Positions 27,922 to 37,494 of a DNA stretch of 64,000 nucleotides are shown here, piece by piece. This stretch comes from a bacterium (GTDB lineage Bacteria; UBA8248; JACPRG01; G963555815). The notes beneath the pieces are model-generated. The model did not search any database. It saw nothing but the letters and a program-made list of their open reading frames with translations, and was not told the DNA's origin. The position numbers were made by a program, and so were the translations under genes. Location: positions 416,001-480,000 of the forward strand of contig CAUVWX020000001.1 of the NCBI GenBank assembly GCA_963555815.3. The letters run 5' to 3'. The first letter of the stretch is position 1. Each line of letters begins with the position of its first letter.

Positions 27922-29156
27922 TCCCCACGGAAGGCCTTCGGACGGTCGCTAACCGCTTGAACCGTCTCTCTTCACGTATCGCCCTGGTGAGTCTCCTCCT
28001 GTTTTCTTGGGCAGGGACTGCCCAGGGCCTTGTCCGGCTGCGGGTGGCGTTGCTTCGTGGGGCGTCTACATTTGAGGTGACCTCCCAGGAGACCCTCCGG
28101 GTCTACGCGATCCAGCAGACACGTCTCATGAGGGAGATCAGGGGGGGTGAAAAACTCTCCTTCCGATGGTCACGGGGGAAAATATTCTTGAACGGCAAAG
28201 GCCTTCCCGTGGACACCATCCGGCTAAAAACCCTCGGCGCCCCGATTCGGCTAAATGGCGTCCCCTATCGGGGAGGGCTCGACCTCCTCCCGGACGGCGA
28301 CCGGGGTCTCGTGGTAGTGAACGAAGTGGCGCTCGAAGATTATCTGCGGGGAGTAGTGGGTCGTGAGATGCCCGCCACCTGGCCTCCCGAGGCCCTTCGG
28401 GCCCAGGCAGTGGCGGCCCGGACCTTCGCTCTCCTCCTTCGGGCCCGGTCGACCCCAAGGCCCTACGATCTGACCGCCGGGACCGGGGATCAGGTCTACA
28501 GCGGGATTGAGGCCGAACACCCCTCCGTGGATGAAGCTGTTCAGGCCACAGCAGGCCTGGTCTTGACGTTTCGGGGAGTCCTGGCCAGGACCTTCTTTCA
28601 CGCTTCAGCAGCCGGCCATACGGAGGACGTCAGCGTCGTCTGGCCAGGCATTGATGAACCCTATCTCAAAGGGCTCAGACTTCCCTTTGACGACGCCGGC
28701 CCCCGGCATCGCTGGGAATCCGTCTTAAGTCTTCAGGGGTTGGAGGGTCTCCTCCAAAGAGCGGGCTATGAAATTCGGGATGTCCGCCAACTGAAGATTC
28801 GGGGGGAAACGCCCTCTGGGCGAGTGGCTCAGGTGGTCATTCAACACCAAGGGGGCTCCCTAAAACTCTCCGCCCACCGGTTTCGCCACCTGGTTGGGCC
28901 ATCGCGCATCCGCTCCACCTTCTTCCGCCTGGAGGCCGGGGGGAGGCGGATTCGGTTCCTCGGCGTTGGCAATGGCCATGGAGTTGGGATGTCCCAGTGG
29001 GGGGCGTATCAGATGGCGAAGGAGGGGAAGAGCTTTGAGGAGATCCTCGCTTTTTTCTATCCGGGGACACGACCTAGGCGAGCAGAGGAGGAGACGATGC
29101 CCACCGGGCCCCCTTTGCCTGAGGAATTCGAGGATCTGGGAACCCTCTTGCGCTGA
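27918..29156 (+). CDS. SpoIID/LytB domain protein
   Basis: LEDYLRGVV..EM, EALRAQAVAART, DQVY, GHGVGMSQWGA. Confidence 0.92.
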   Translation: MIPTEGLRTVANRLNRLSSRIALVSLLLFSWAGTAQGLVRLRVALLRGASTFEVTSQETLRVYAIQQTRLMREIRGGEKLSFRWSRGKIFLNGKGLPVDTIRLKTLGAPIRLNGVPYRGGLDLLPDGDRGLVVVNEVALEDYLRGVVGREMPATWPPEALRAQAVAARTFALLLRARSTPRPYDLTAGTGDQVYSGIEAEHPSVDEAVQATAGLVLTFRGVLARTFFHASAAGHTEDVSVVWPGIDEPYLKGLRLPFDDAGPRHRWESVLSLQGLEGLLQRAGYEIRDVRQLKIRGETPSGRVAQVVIQHQGGSLKLSAHRFRHLVGPSRIRSTFFRLEAGGRRIRFLGVGNGHGVGMSQWGAYQMAKEGKSFEEILAFFYPGTRPRRAEEETMPTGPPLPEEFEDLGTLLR

Positions 29157-29238
29157 ACTTCTCCCTTTTCAGGCTGACCAGGGAGTGTGCCGCCTGAGGT
29201 CTCCGGCTTTGCGGCTAAGCGGAGGGGGTGTGAATAGT

Positions 29239-29568
29239 TTAAGCTGGGACGGAAGGCTTCGCGGCGTTTAGACCGGAGCCCCATTCAAGGCCTTCATTGA
29301 CGGCCTTGCGGAAATGCTTTCCCGACTTGAATCGGACCACCTTGCGAGCCGAAATGTCGGCCTCCTGCCCGGTCTTCGGGTTTCGCCCAATGCGGGCGGA
29401 CTTGTGGCGCACCCGGAAGGACCCAAACCGTCTGATGATGACGGGCTGACCTTCCCGCAAGGCCTCTTTCACCATACTGATAATGGTCTCCACCGCCAGC
29501 TCTGCCTTGACCTTGGTAAGACCTGTGTCCTGGGCCACTCGGTTGATGATCTCGATCTTGGTCATCAC
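29239..29568 (-). CDS. HU/IHF family DNA-binding protein
   Basis: MTK.EI, FGSF.V, R.GRNPKTG, RKVVRFK. Confidence 0.92.
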   Translation of the reverse strand: MMTKIEIINRVAQDTGLTKVKAELAVETIISMVKEALREGQPVIIRRFGSFRVRHKSARIGRNPKTGQEADISARKVVRFKSGKHFRKAVNEGLEWGSGLNAAKPSVPA

Positions 29569-29795
29569 TCCCCACCGCGCACACCGAGGATTCGCGATCT
29601 AGAGGGACGAAAAACAGAAATCTATACCCTACTGATATAACACAGGACTGAAATAAATTCAAAGGGTTTCCCTGGCCCCAAGCAGAGAAAAAGCCCCCTT
29701 CTGGCGAACGCCTCCGTCCAAGAAAAGTGGGCTTCGCCGACACCCAAAGGCTTCTCCCCTGGACCTCCTCTAAAGTGCCCCTGGGGATCCGGAGG

Positions 29796-30059
29796 TTATT
29801 TCCCCTTGGCGGCCTTTGTTTTACCGCCCTTTGCCCTTTTTTTCCCTCCTTCGGGAGCGCTCGGTTCCCCTACCTCCCACTTCAGTTTTCCATCGATGAT
29901 CTCCGTGAGGGCGATGGCCTCGTGGTCGGCATTCTCAATATCCACCAAGGGTTCAGCGCCCTTGCGCAGTTGAGAAATCCGTTGGGCTAGAATGTTGGTA
30001 AACAGGAATCGATTCTTGACACGGGCCAACGCCTGCGTGAAGAGCTCCCTTTCCGCCAT
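29796..30059 (-). CDS. rpoZ: RNA polymerase omega subunit
   Basis: NRFL....AQR..QL..GAEPLV...IALTEI; ATG 30059 preceded by AGGGAGG. Confidence 0.85.
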   Translation of the reverse strand: MAERELFTQALARVKNRFLFTNILAQRISQLRKGAEPLVDIENADHEAIALTEIIDGKLKWEVGEPSAPEGGKKRAKGGKTKAAKGK

Positions 30060-30160
30060 GGAGTACAATCCCTCCCTAGAGAGACCCTCTTCCTGGTAGG
30101 AACCCAGATTGGCAATTCCCCTCGTCAATCCACTTCCTCCCCTTTTGAGATCAGGACTGA

Positions 30161-30562
30161 TTAGGGACCAGGGTGGGGTCCTTGGGCCTTGGTCTTTTCC
30201 ACATAACAAAGACGGAGGTCTGACAGTAGCGACACGAGGAGGTGGTCTTCCTCTGGGGTCAGGTTTCCACGGGTCTTCTCCTGGAGGACCCCCAGGATAT
30301 CGATCATATGCTTGGCCCCCTCCAGGTTGACGTAGTCAGTCTTGCCTGAAGGGTCTGGGATTGCGCCCAGACTGAGGAGGACCGAATTTCCAAGGGAGAA
30401 AACGAAGCCTGAGAAGTCCGCCTCCACAGCGGGAGCTTCCATTGGGCCGGTCGCCTCCTGAGCCGCAGGGGCTTCAACCCTTTCCTCTTTCCCTTCCTTC
30501 GAAAAGCGACGGTCCGTGACCGTAAAAGCCTTCTCCTGCTTCTCCTGTTCCTCTTGCGACAT
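30161..30562 (-). CDS. DUF1844 family protein
   Basis: FTVTDRR, LG.IPDP, AKHMIDILG.LQEKTRGNLT.EE..LL..LL..LR..YV. Confidence 0.85.
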   Translation of the reverse strand: MSQEEQEKQEKAFTVTDRRFSKEGKEERVEAPAAQEATGPMEAPAVEADFSGFVFSLGNSVLLSLGAIPDPSGKTDYVNLEGAKHMIDILGVLQEKTRGNLTPEEDHLLVSLLSDLRLCYVEKTKAQGPHPGP

Positions 30563-30602
30563 CTCCTCTCCCCCTCGCAAGGCCTTTTGACAGGCCTCTG
30601 CC

Positions 30603-31250
30603 TTACTGACGGGTGCGCCAGCGACGGAGATCGAAGATCTTCGTCTCATCCACCCCCTGGGCTTCGGAGGGGATAGCTCTCAAGGTCCGCCAGGTGTAAT
30701 GGATACGTTGGGCCACTGTCAAGTAAATAAGAGGGGTCGTAATCCACAGCACAAGGGGCATCACCCGGAAGATCCCTCCCACCCCCAGGAGTATAACCCG
30801 CTCTGGACGCTCCATAATCCCCACATTGCACTGCCCGATGAGGCCTTCGGCCCGGGCCCGCACATAGGGGACAAGGAGACCCCCCAGGAGGGATAGCCCC
30901 ACCAGGACCACGAGGGCAATTGCCCCCCTCTGGGCATAGAGGACCAGCAGCCCCACCAAGGGGGCCCCGTCGGAGCAACGATCCAGACAGGAGTCATAAA
31001 AGGCCCCAAAATCACTCACCTTCCCAGCCGCCCGCGCCACCGCCCCGTCCAGGAGATCGAAGCCCCCCCCCGCCAGCATGAGGGCCCCTCCCAGGGGGAG
31101 CCTCCCAAAGGCGAAGGCCAGAGCCGCCCCAATGCTGATGAGGAGACCCACAGTCGAGAGGAAAAATGGATCAACGCCCCTTCGGGCAATGAGGCCGATG
31201 AGGCCATCCAAAAACCTCTCCACCCGCTTGGCGAAGAGGGCGGTCAACAT
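30603..31250 (-). CDS. CDP-alcohol phosphatidyltransferase family protein
   Basis: DLLDGAVAR...G.FYDS.LDR.SD motif, YVRARAE, ERPER. Confidence 0.9.
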   Translation of the reverse strand: MLTALFAKRVERFLDGLIGLIARRGVDPFFLSTVGLLISIGAALAFAFGRLPLGGALMLAGGGFDLLDGAVARAAGKVSDFGAFYDSCLDRCSDGAPLVGLLVLYAQRGAIALVVLVGLSLLGGLLVPYVRARAEGLIGQCNVGIMERPERVILLGVGGIFRVMPLVLWITTPLIYLTVAQRIHYTWRTLRAIPSEAQGVDETKIFDLRRWRTRQ

Positions 31251-31268
31251 CCTCGCTTGACTCCCTTC

Positions 31269-32366
31269 CTACCCGAAGAAACCTTTTTTCTTTTTCTTCT
31301 CTGCCCCTGCCCCCTGCTCACCCTCCATCGCGTTGAGCTCCTCAAAAAGGGCCCGCTCGCTTGGGGAGAGTTTCGTCGGGGTCTTCACCTGAACCTCGAC
31401 CACCAGGTTCCCCGCCCTTCCTCCCCGCAGGTCTGGAAAACCAGCGCCCCGGATGGTGAATCGGTCTCCCGTCTGCGTTCCCTCGGGGAGCGTGATCTGA
31501 CGGGTTCCGTTCAGGGAGGTGACCTCGGTCTTCCCCCCCAGGGCGGCCCGGGCGAAAGAGATGGGGATCCGGCAGTAGATGTCCTTGCCAACCCGCTGGA
31601 AGAAGGGATGGGGCTGGACCTGAATATAAACGTAGAGATCCCCGGGAGGCCTCCCCCAAGGGCCGTCCTCACCCTCGTCTGTCAGTCTAAGCCTGGAGTC
31701 CGTGTCCACTCCCGCAGGAACCTGGATGGTGAGCTTCTTGACCTCGTCCCTGTGGCCAGCCCCCTTGCACTCTAGGCAAGGAGTCTCGATGACCTCGCCG
31801 GCTCCCTTGCACTGAGGACAAATAACGCTCAAGGATAAGAAGCCCTGTCTTCGGTGGATCTGGCCTCGGCCCCCGCATGTTCGGCAGTCTTTGGGGGTTG
31901 TCCCGGGCTTCGCCCCAGAGCCATGGCAGGTGGGACAAGTCTTGAGCCGGGAGAACTCGATGACGACCTCCTTTCCGGAGGCCGCCTCCTCGAAAGTAAG
32001 CTTGAGGTCGTAACGAAGGTCACGCCCCGCGTGAGAGGCCATTCCGCCATGGCCCCCCATGCCAAACAAATCCCCAAAGATATCTCCGAAGGCGGAGAAG
32101 ATGTCCTCAAAACCCCCAAAGCCCCTGAACGAGGTTCCCTTGAGGCCCTCATGCCCGAACTGGTCGTAGACGTCCCGCTTTCCCGGGTCCCGCAGGACTT
32201 CGTAGGCCTCCGCCGCCTCCTTGAACTGCTCTTCCGCCTTCTCGTTTCCAGGATTGCGGTCAGGATGATACGCTAAGGCCTTTTTGCGGTAGGCCCGCTT
32301 GATCTCCTGCCCGTCCGCCTCCCGAGAGACACCAAGAACGTCGTAATAATCAGGTTTTCCAGCCAT
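31269..32366 (-). CDS. dnaJ: Chaperone DnaJ (copy downstream of grpE)
   Basis: HPD motif, four CxxCxGxG repeats. Confidence 0.93.
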   Translation of the reverse strand: MAGKPDYYDVLGVSREADGQEIKRAYRKKALAYHPDRNPGNEKAEEQFKEAAEAYEVLRDPGKRDVYDQFGHEGLKGTSFRGFGGFEDIFSAFGDIFGDLFGMGGHGGMASHAGRDLRYDLKLTFEEAASGKEVVIEFSRLKTCPTCHGSGAKPGTTPKDCRTCGGRGQIHRRQGFLSLSVICPQCKGAGEVIETPCLECKGAGHRDEVKKLTIQVPAGVDTDSRLRLTDEGEDGPWGRPPGDLYVYIQVQPHPFFQRVGKDIYCRIPISFARAALGGKTEVTSLNGTRQITLPEGTQTGDRFTIRGAGFPDLRGGRAGNLVVEVQVKTPTKLSPSERALFEELNAMEGEQGAGAEKKKKKGFFG

Positions 32367-33020
32367 TTATAAAGCTGGTCCCTCCTTCCCGGCTGTCTCG
32401 GGGGCTCGATGTTTACCCACCCGAACCTTGGCCGGCCGAAGGAGATCTCCCTCCAAGAGATAGCCGGGCTGGACTACCTCGAGAACCTGGTTCTCCTGGG
32501 CCGGGTCATCGACCTCCACCACCCCCACCGCCTCGTGCACCTCCGGGTCGAAGGGAGCCCCTTCGGCCTCAACAGGGCCTAGCCCCTGAAGTCGAAGGGC
32601 GGCGAGAAGGGCTTCCTGGATGAGCTTGACCCCTTCGAGGAGGGCAGTCGAGTCATCCCCCTTGGAGGCCGACTCGACCGCTCGCGAGAGATCGTCAAGG
32701 GCGCTCAGAATCGGCTCGATAACCTTTCCTTTGGCGGCAACAGCACGTCTTTCGGCCTGACGGGAGACCCGCTCTCGAAAGGCCTCATTCTCCGCCTGCT
32801 GCTCGGCCATGAAGGCCTTGAGGCGCTCATCCTTTTCCCGAAGGCGCTGCTCCAGCTGCTCCAGGTAGGTGGGGAGTTTCGAAGGCGGGGCTTCCGCTTT
32901 CCCGTCTTCTTTTTCACCGGTCTCGGCTCGCCTCACCCAGTGACGGCGGTCGGTGATGGAAAGGGGGTCCTTCTCGCCGAACGCCCCCTTTGTCTCTTCC
33001 GGATGGAAGGAATCTGCCAT
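32367..33020 (-). CDS. grpE: Nucleotide exchange factor
   Basis: FDPEVHEAV, VQPGY...LLRPAKVRV. Confidence 0.92.
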   Translation of the reverse strand: MADSFHPEETKGAFGEKDPLSITDRRHWVRRAETGEKEDGKAEAPPSKLPTYLEQLEQRLREKDERLKAFMAEQQAENEAFRERVSRQAERRAVAAKGKVIEPILSALDDLSRAVESASKGDDSTALLEGVKLIQEALLAALRLQGLGPVEAEGAPFDPEVHEAVGVVEVDDPAQENQVLEVVQPGYLLEGDLLRPAKVRVGKHRAPETAGKEGPAL

Positions 33021-33034
33021 CTCGCTCTCCCTCC

Positions 33035-33883
33035 TTAGCCCAGCTCTCGAAGCCTAGCGATCCGCTTCTCCACCGGTGGGTGAGTGCTGAAGAGGGCCCC
33101 GAGGCTTCGGCCCGAGAGGGGGTTCACGATGAACAGGTGAGCCGTCGCCGCGCTCGCCTCCATGGGGACACGCTGGCTCGCATGGTGGAGCTTCTCTAGG
33201 GCCCCGGCAAGTCCATGTGGGCTTCGGGCGATCCAGGCCCCCGTCGCGTCCGCAAGATATTCCCGCGAGCGGGAGATTGCCATCTGAATCAGCAAGGCCG
33301 CCAGGGGCGCCAGAATGGCCATGACCAGAAAGGCGAGACCGCCTCCGCTTCGACCACCGCTCCGCCCACCGAACCCTCCGAAGATGGCCGCCCAGCGGAC
33401 CCAGGTCCCGAGCAACATGATGGCGCCAGCCATGGTGGCGGCGATAGAGCTGATGAGGATATCCCGATTTCGCACGTGGGCCAGCTCATGGGCGAGGACC
33501 CCTTCCAGCTCATCGGCGCTCAACAGGTTCAGGATCCCATCGGTCACGGCCACGGCGGCGTTATCGGGGTTTCGGCCCGTGGCGAAGGCGTTCGTAGCCC
33601 CACTGGGGATGACGTAGAGCTTTGGCATCGGGAGCTGAGCCCGCTGGCAAAGGCGTCGCACCGCTATGTGGAGGGCCGGGGCCTCGGCCTCCGAGACGGC
33701 CCGCGCCCGATAGATGCGGAGGACGATCTTGTCCGAGTACCAGTAGCTCCCGAAGTTCATGACCACGGCAAAGAGAAAGGCGATCGTCAGGCCCTGCGTC
33801 CCCCCCGCCCACTGGCCGATGAGGAGGATGAGGACCGTCAGGGCCGCCAGGAGGGAAAACGTCTTCAGAGAGTTTGCCGTCAT
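33035..33883 (-). CDS. htpX: Zinc metalloprotease HtpX
   Basis: [33 protein letters not shown] overlap with hspR. Confidence 0.95.
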   Translation of the reverse strand: MTANSLKTFSLLAALTVLILLIGQWAGGTQGLTIAFLFAVVMNFGSYWYSDKIVLRIYRARAVSEAEAPALHIAVRRLCQRAQLPMPKLYVIPSGATNAFATGRNPDNAAVAVTDGILNLLSADELEGVLAHELAHVRNRDILISSIAATMAGAIMLLGTWVRWAAIFGGFGGRSGGRSGGGLAFLVMAILAPLAALLIQMAISRSREYLADATGAWIARSPHGLAGALEKLHHASQRVPMEASAATAHLFIVNPLSGRSLGALFSTHPPVEKRIARLRELG

Positions 33884-34269
33884 CTTGAACCTCCTTTGAA
33901 GGGCACGACCTTCTGCCCGCGGGTGGGGGCGAGAGCCGTTGAGTGCACCCCGTATCTTTCCTGGAGGACGTTCCACATCTCCTGCTGAATGAAGTCGATG
34001 ACTTCTTCTATCTGCTGCTGCTGTGTTTCCAGGCGCTCCAGCATGTCCAGAATGACCTGGACTCCAGCTAGATTGACCCCCATCTCCCGCGTCAAGTTCA
34101 GGATGACCTCCAGCTTCTCGATGTCCTGACGGGAGTACATCCGGGTGTTGCCCCGGGTTCGCTCAGGGCGCAGGAGGCCCTCCCGCTCATAGAGGCGGAG
34201 GGTTTGAGGGTGCACCTCCAGCATCTGAGATACGATACTGATGGTGAAGAGTTCTTTGGCCTGGCCCAT
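33880..34269 (-). CDS. hspR: HspR-like MerR-family heat-shock repressor
   Basis: [40 protein letters not shown]; directly after dnaJ. Confidence 0.85.
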   Translation of the reverse strand: MGQAKELFTISIVSQMLEVHPQTLRLYEREGLLRPERTRGNTRMYSRQDIEKLEVILNLTREMGVNLAGVQVILDMLERLETQQQQIEEVIDFIQQEMWNVLQERYGVHSTALAPTRGQKVVPFKGGSR

Positions 34270-34271
34270 GC

Positions 34272-35384
34272 TTACACCTTCAGTTTCGCCCTTGGGTCCT
34301 CCGGGTGGGACTTCTCAAACTCTCGGATGAGCTTCTTGGAACGGTCATCGAGCCCTTTGGGCACGATCACCTGGACCGTGACGAAGTGATCCCCCCGGCC
34401 CCCATCCTTCAGGCGGCGGACCCCTTTGCCCTGGAGGCGAAACTTCTGGCTGGATTGAGTCCCCTCTGGGATGGTCATAGAGGCGGTCCCATCCACGGTT
34501 TGGACCTTTACCCGTGCTCCGAGAGCCGCCTCTCGGAAGGTGATGGGGAGCTCTGTATAGATGTTGTCCCCCTTTCGTTCAAAGTAGGGGTGAGGCCCCA
34601 CCTTGGTGAGGATGTAGAGGTCGCCGGGGGGCGCGCCGTCACTTCCCTGATGGCCCTTGCCGGCCAAGCGGACCTTCGAACCCGTGTCAACGCCGGGGGG
34701 AATCTTAACCTGAAGGCGCTCTGACTTGGAGACCATCCCCGACCCCCCGCAGCCGGGGCAGGGGTCCGGGTTGATCTGGCCACTCCCGCCGCACCGTCTG
34801 CAGGTTCCGCCAAAGGAGAAGAATCCACGGGCGCGGCCTTCCTGCCCGCTTCCTCCACATTGCGGACAGGCCACTCGCTTGCGCCCCGCCCGAACGCCCC
34901 TCCCTTTGCAGGTCTCGCAGCGAACCCGTCGGTTCAAGACGATGTTGGCAGACATCCCGCGCAGGGCATCCTCAAAAGCAAGCTCCACTGCGTATCGGAT
35001 GTCCTCGCCCGGCTGCGGGGCCCGCCGAGGTCTCCCACTTTCGCCCCTGGCGGATCCAAAGAAATCTCCCAGGATGTCCCCGATGTCACCAAACCCGCTG
35101 AAGTCAAAACCCCCGGGACCTCCGCCGCGTCGAAAACCTACAAAGGGATCAAACCCCGGGCCGAAGGCGTCATGCCCGAGGCGGTCATACTTCTTTTTTT
35201 TCTCAGGGTCGCTGAGGACGTGATAGGCCTCTGAGATTTCCTTGAAGCGCGCCTCAGCGGGTTTGTCGCCGGGGTTGACGTCCGGGTGGTATTTTCTGGC
35301 GAGACGGCGATAGACCTTCTTGAGCTCGGCCCCCGAAACCTTTCGGTCGACGCCTAAGACCTCATAATAATCGCGCTTGGCCAC
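34272..35384 (-). CDS. dnaJ: Chaperone DnaJ (copy downstream of dnaK)
   Basis: MAKRDYYEVLG, HPD, G/F region, four CxxCxGxG repeats. Confidence 0.93.
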   Translation of the reverse strand: MAKRDYYEVLGVDRKVSGAELKKVYRRLARKYHPDVNPGDKPAEARFKEISEAYHVLSDPEKKKKYDRLGHDAFGPGFDPFVGFRRGGGPGGFDFSGFGDIGDILGDFFGSARGESGRPRRAPQPGEDIRYAVELAFEDALRGMSANIVLNRRVRCETCKGRGVRAGRKRVACPQCGGSGQEGRARGFFSFGGTCRRCGGSGQINPDPCPGCGGSGMVSKSERLQVKIPPGVDTGSKVRLAGKGHQGSDGAPPGDLYILTKVGPHPYFERKGDNIYTELPITFREAALGARVKVQTVDGTASMTIPEGTQSSQKFRLQGKGVRRLKDGGRGDHFVTVQVIVPKGLDDRSKKLIREFEKSHPEDPRAKLKV

Positions 35385-35501
35385 ATCCTGTCACCTGCCT
35401 CCATACAACGTCTGAATGTTGCTCGTGTAGGGTTATCCCCCGGGCCAAGACTTTTAGTAACCCCTAGCCCGCCTGTAATAAACAAGATGGGTTTAGGCTT
35501 T

Positions 35502-37415
35502 TCACTTCTCTCCCTTATCGGCATCCTCAAATTCAGCGTCCACGACTTCCCCTTCGGGCTCAGGCTCGGCCTGCCCGCCGTCTCCGGAGGGGGCCTCGGC
35601 CTGAGCGCCGGCGGCAGAGGCCTGCTTGTAAATCACCTCGGCCAGCTTATGGCTCGCCTGTATGAGGGTGTCACGGGTGCGCTCGATCTCCGCCCGCTCC
35701 CCCTTCTCCAAGGCCTTCTTGGCCTCTTCAAGGGCGCTCTCGATGCTCGAGATGTCCTCGGCCGAGAGCTTTTCGCGGTTCTCACTCAGGGTTTTTTCGG
35801 TCGTGTAGACGGCGGCATCGGCCTGGTTTCGAAGCTCCACCTCCCCGCGCCTCTTCTTGTCCTCCTCGGCATGGCTCTCGGCCTCATCCACCATGTTGGA
35901 GATCTCATCGTCCGTGAGGCCGCTGGAACTGGTGATGGTAATGGTCTGCTCCTTTCCCGTCCCCAAGTCCTTGGCCGAGGCGTTCACGATCCCGTTGGCG
36001 TCGATATCAAAGGTGACTTCGATCTGGGGCATCCCCCGGGGGGCGGACGGGATCCCGACGAGGTGAAACTTCCCAAGCGTCCGGTTATCGCGCGCCATCT
36101 CCCGCTCGCCTTGAAGGACGTGAATTTCCACGCTGGTCTGGTTGTCGGCGGCCGTGGAGAAGACCTCGCTCTTCTTGGTGGGGATAGTGGTGTTTCGCTC
36201 GATCAGGGCTGTGCGCACCGCGCCCAGGGTCTCGATCCCCAGCGTGAGAGGCGTGACATCCAGCAGGAGGACATCCTTGACGTCTCCGGCCAGAACTCCT
36301 CCCTGGATGGCGGCCCCCACGGCGACCACCTCATCCGGGTTCACCCCCTTGTGGGGATCCTTTCCAAAAAATTTCTTCACGATCTCCTGGATCTTGGGGA
36401 TGCGGGTTGAGCCCCCCACCAAGACCACCTCGTCAATATCCCCGGGTTTCAGGTTGGCATCCTTCAGGGCGGACGCCATGGGCTCAATGGTCTTCTCGAA
36501 GAGGTCGAGGCAGAGCTGTTCCAGTTTGGCCCGGCTGAGGCGGACATTGAGGTGCTTTGGACCCGAGGCGTCGGCAGTGATGAAGGGGAGATTAATGTCC
36601 GTCTCCTGGGCCTGAGAGAGCTCAATTTTGGCCTTCTCGGCGCCCTCTTTCAGGCGCTGCAAGGCCATCGGGTCCTTGCTGAGATCTATCCCCTGATCCT
36701 TCTTGAACTCCGAGATCAGCCACTCGATGACCCGCTGGTCAAAGTCGTCTCCTCCAAGGTGGGTATCCCCGTTTACGGCCTTCACCTCGACGACGTTGTC
36801 CCCCACCTCCAGGACAGAAATGTCGTAGGTCCCGCCCCCCAGGTCACAGACGGCGATGGTTTCGTCCTTCTTCTTGTCGAGGCCGTAGGAGAGGGCCGCG
36901 GCCGTCGGCTCGTTGATGATTCGAAGAACGTTCAGGCCGGCGATCTTTCCCGCGTCCTTGGTGGCCTGGCGCTGGCTGTCGTTGAAGTAGGCCGGGACGG
37001 TGACGACGGCGTCAGTAATCTTGTGCCCCAGATAGTCCTCGGCGGCCTGTTTGAGCTTCTGAAGGATCATGGCGGAGATCTCCGGAGGCGAGTGCACCTT
37101 GCCCAGGGTCTCGACGCGGGCAGCTCCGTTCTCCACTCGGACCACCTTGTAGGGGACCTCCTCGATCTCCCGGTCCACCTCGTTGTAGCGCCGCCCCATG
37201 AACCGTTTGATGGAATAGACAGTGTTCTCGGGGTTGGTGATGGCCTGGCGCTTGGCCACCTGGCCCGCCAGCTTCTCACCGTCCTTGGTGAAGGCCACTA
37301 CCGAGGGGGTGATACGAGAGCCCTCTTGGTTGGTGATGACGGTGGTGTCCCCACCCTCCATCACAGCAACGACAGAATTGGTGGTGCCCAAATCAATCCC
37401 AATAACCTTTCCCAC
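35502..37415 (-). CDS. dnaK: Chaperone DnaK (Hsp70)
   Basis: [34 protein letters not shown] start 37415. Confidence 0.97.
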   Translation of the reverse strand: MGKVIGIDLGTTNSVVAVMEGGDTTVITNQEGSRITPSVVAFTKDGEKLAGQVAKRQAITNPENTVYSIKRFMGRRYNEVDREIEEVPYKVVRVENGAARVETLGKVHSPPEISAMILQKLKQAAEDYLGHKITDAVVTVPAYFNDSQRQATKDAGKIAGLNVLRIINEPTAAALSYGLDKKKDETIAVCDLGGGTYDISVLEVGDNVVEVKAVNGDTHLGGDDFDQRVIEWLISEFKKDQGIDLSKDPMALQRLKEGAEKAKIELSQAQETDINLPFITADASGPKHLNVRLSRAKLEQLCLDLFEKTIEPMASALKDANLKPGDIDEVVLVGGSTRIPKIQEIVKKFFGKDPHKGVNPDEVVAVGAAIQGGVLAGDVKDVLLLDVTPLTLGIETLGAVRTALIERNTTIPTKKSEVFSTAADNQTSVEIHVLQGEREMARDNRTLGKFHLVGIPSAPRGMPQIEVTFDIDANGIVNASAKDLGTGKEQTITITSSSGLTDDEISNMVDEAESHAEEDKKRRGEVELRNQADAAVYTTEKTLSENREKLSAEDISSIESALEEAKKALEKGERAEIERTRDTLIQASHKLAEVIYKQASAAGAQAEAPSGDGGQAEPEPEGEVVDAEFEDADKGEK

Positions 37416-37494
37416 GATCTTATCTCCTCTCCTCTGCCAACTCCGAGCGTCTAGAAAACCCTCTTGTCGAAAAGACAACCCGCCCTGACGGGCT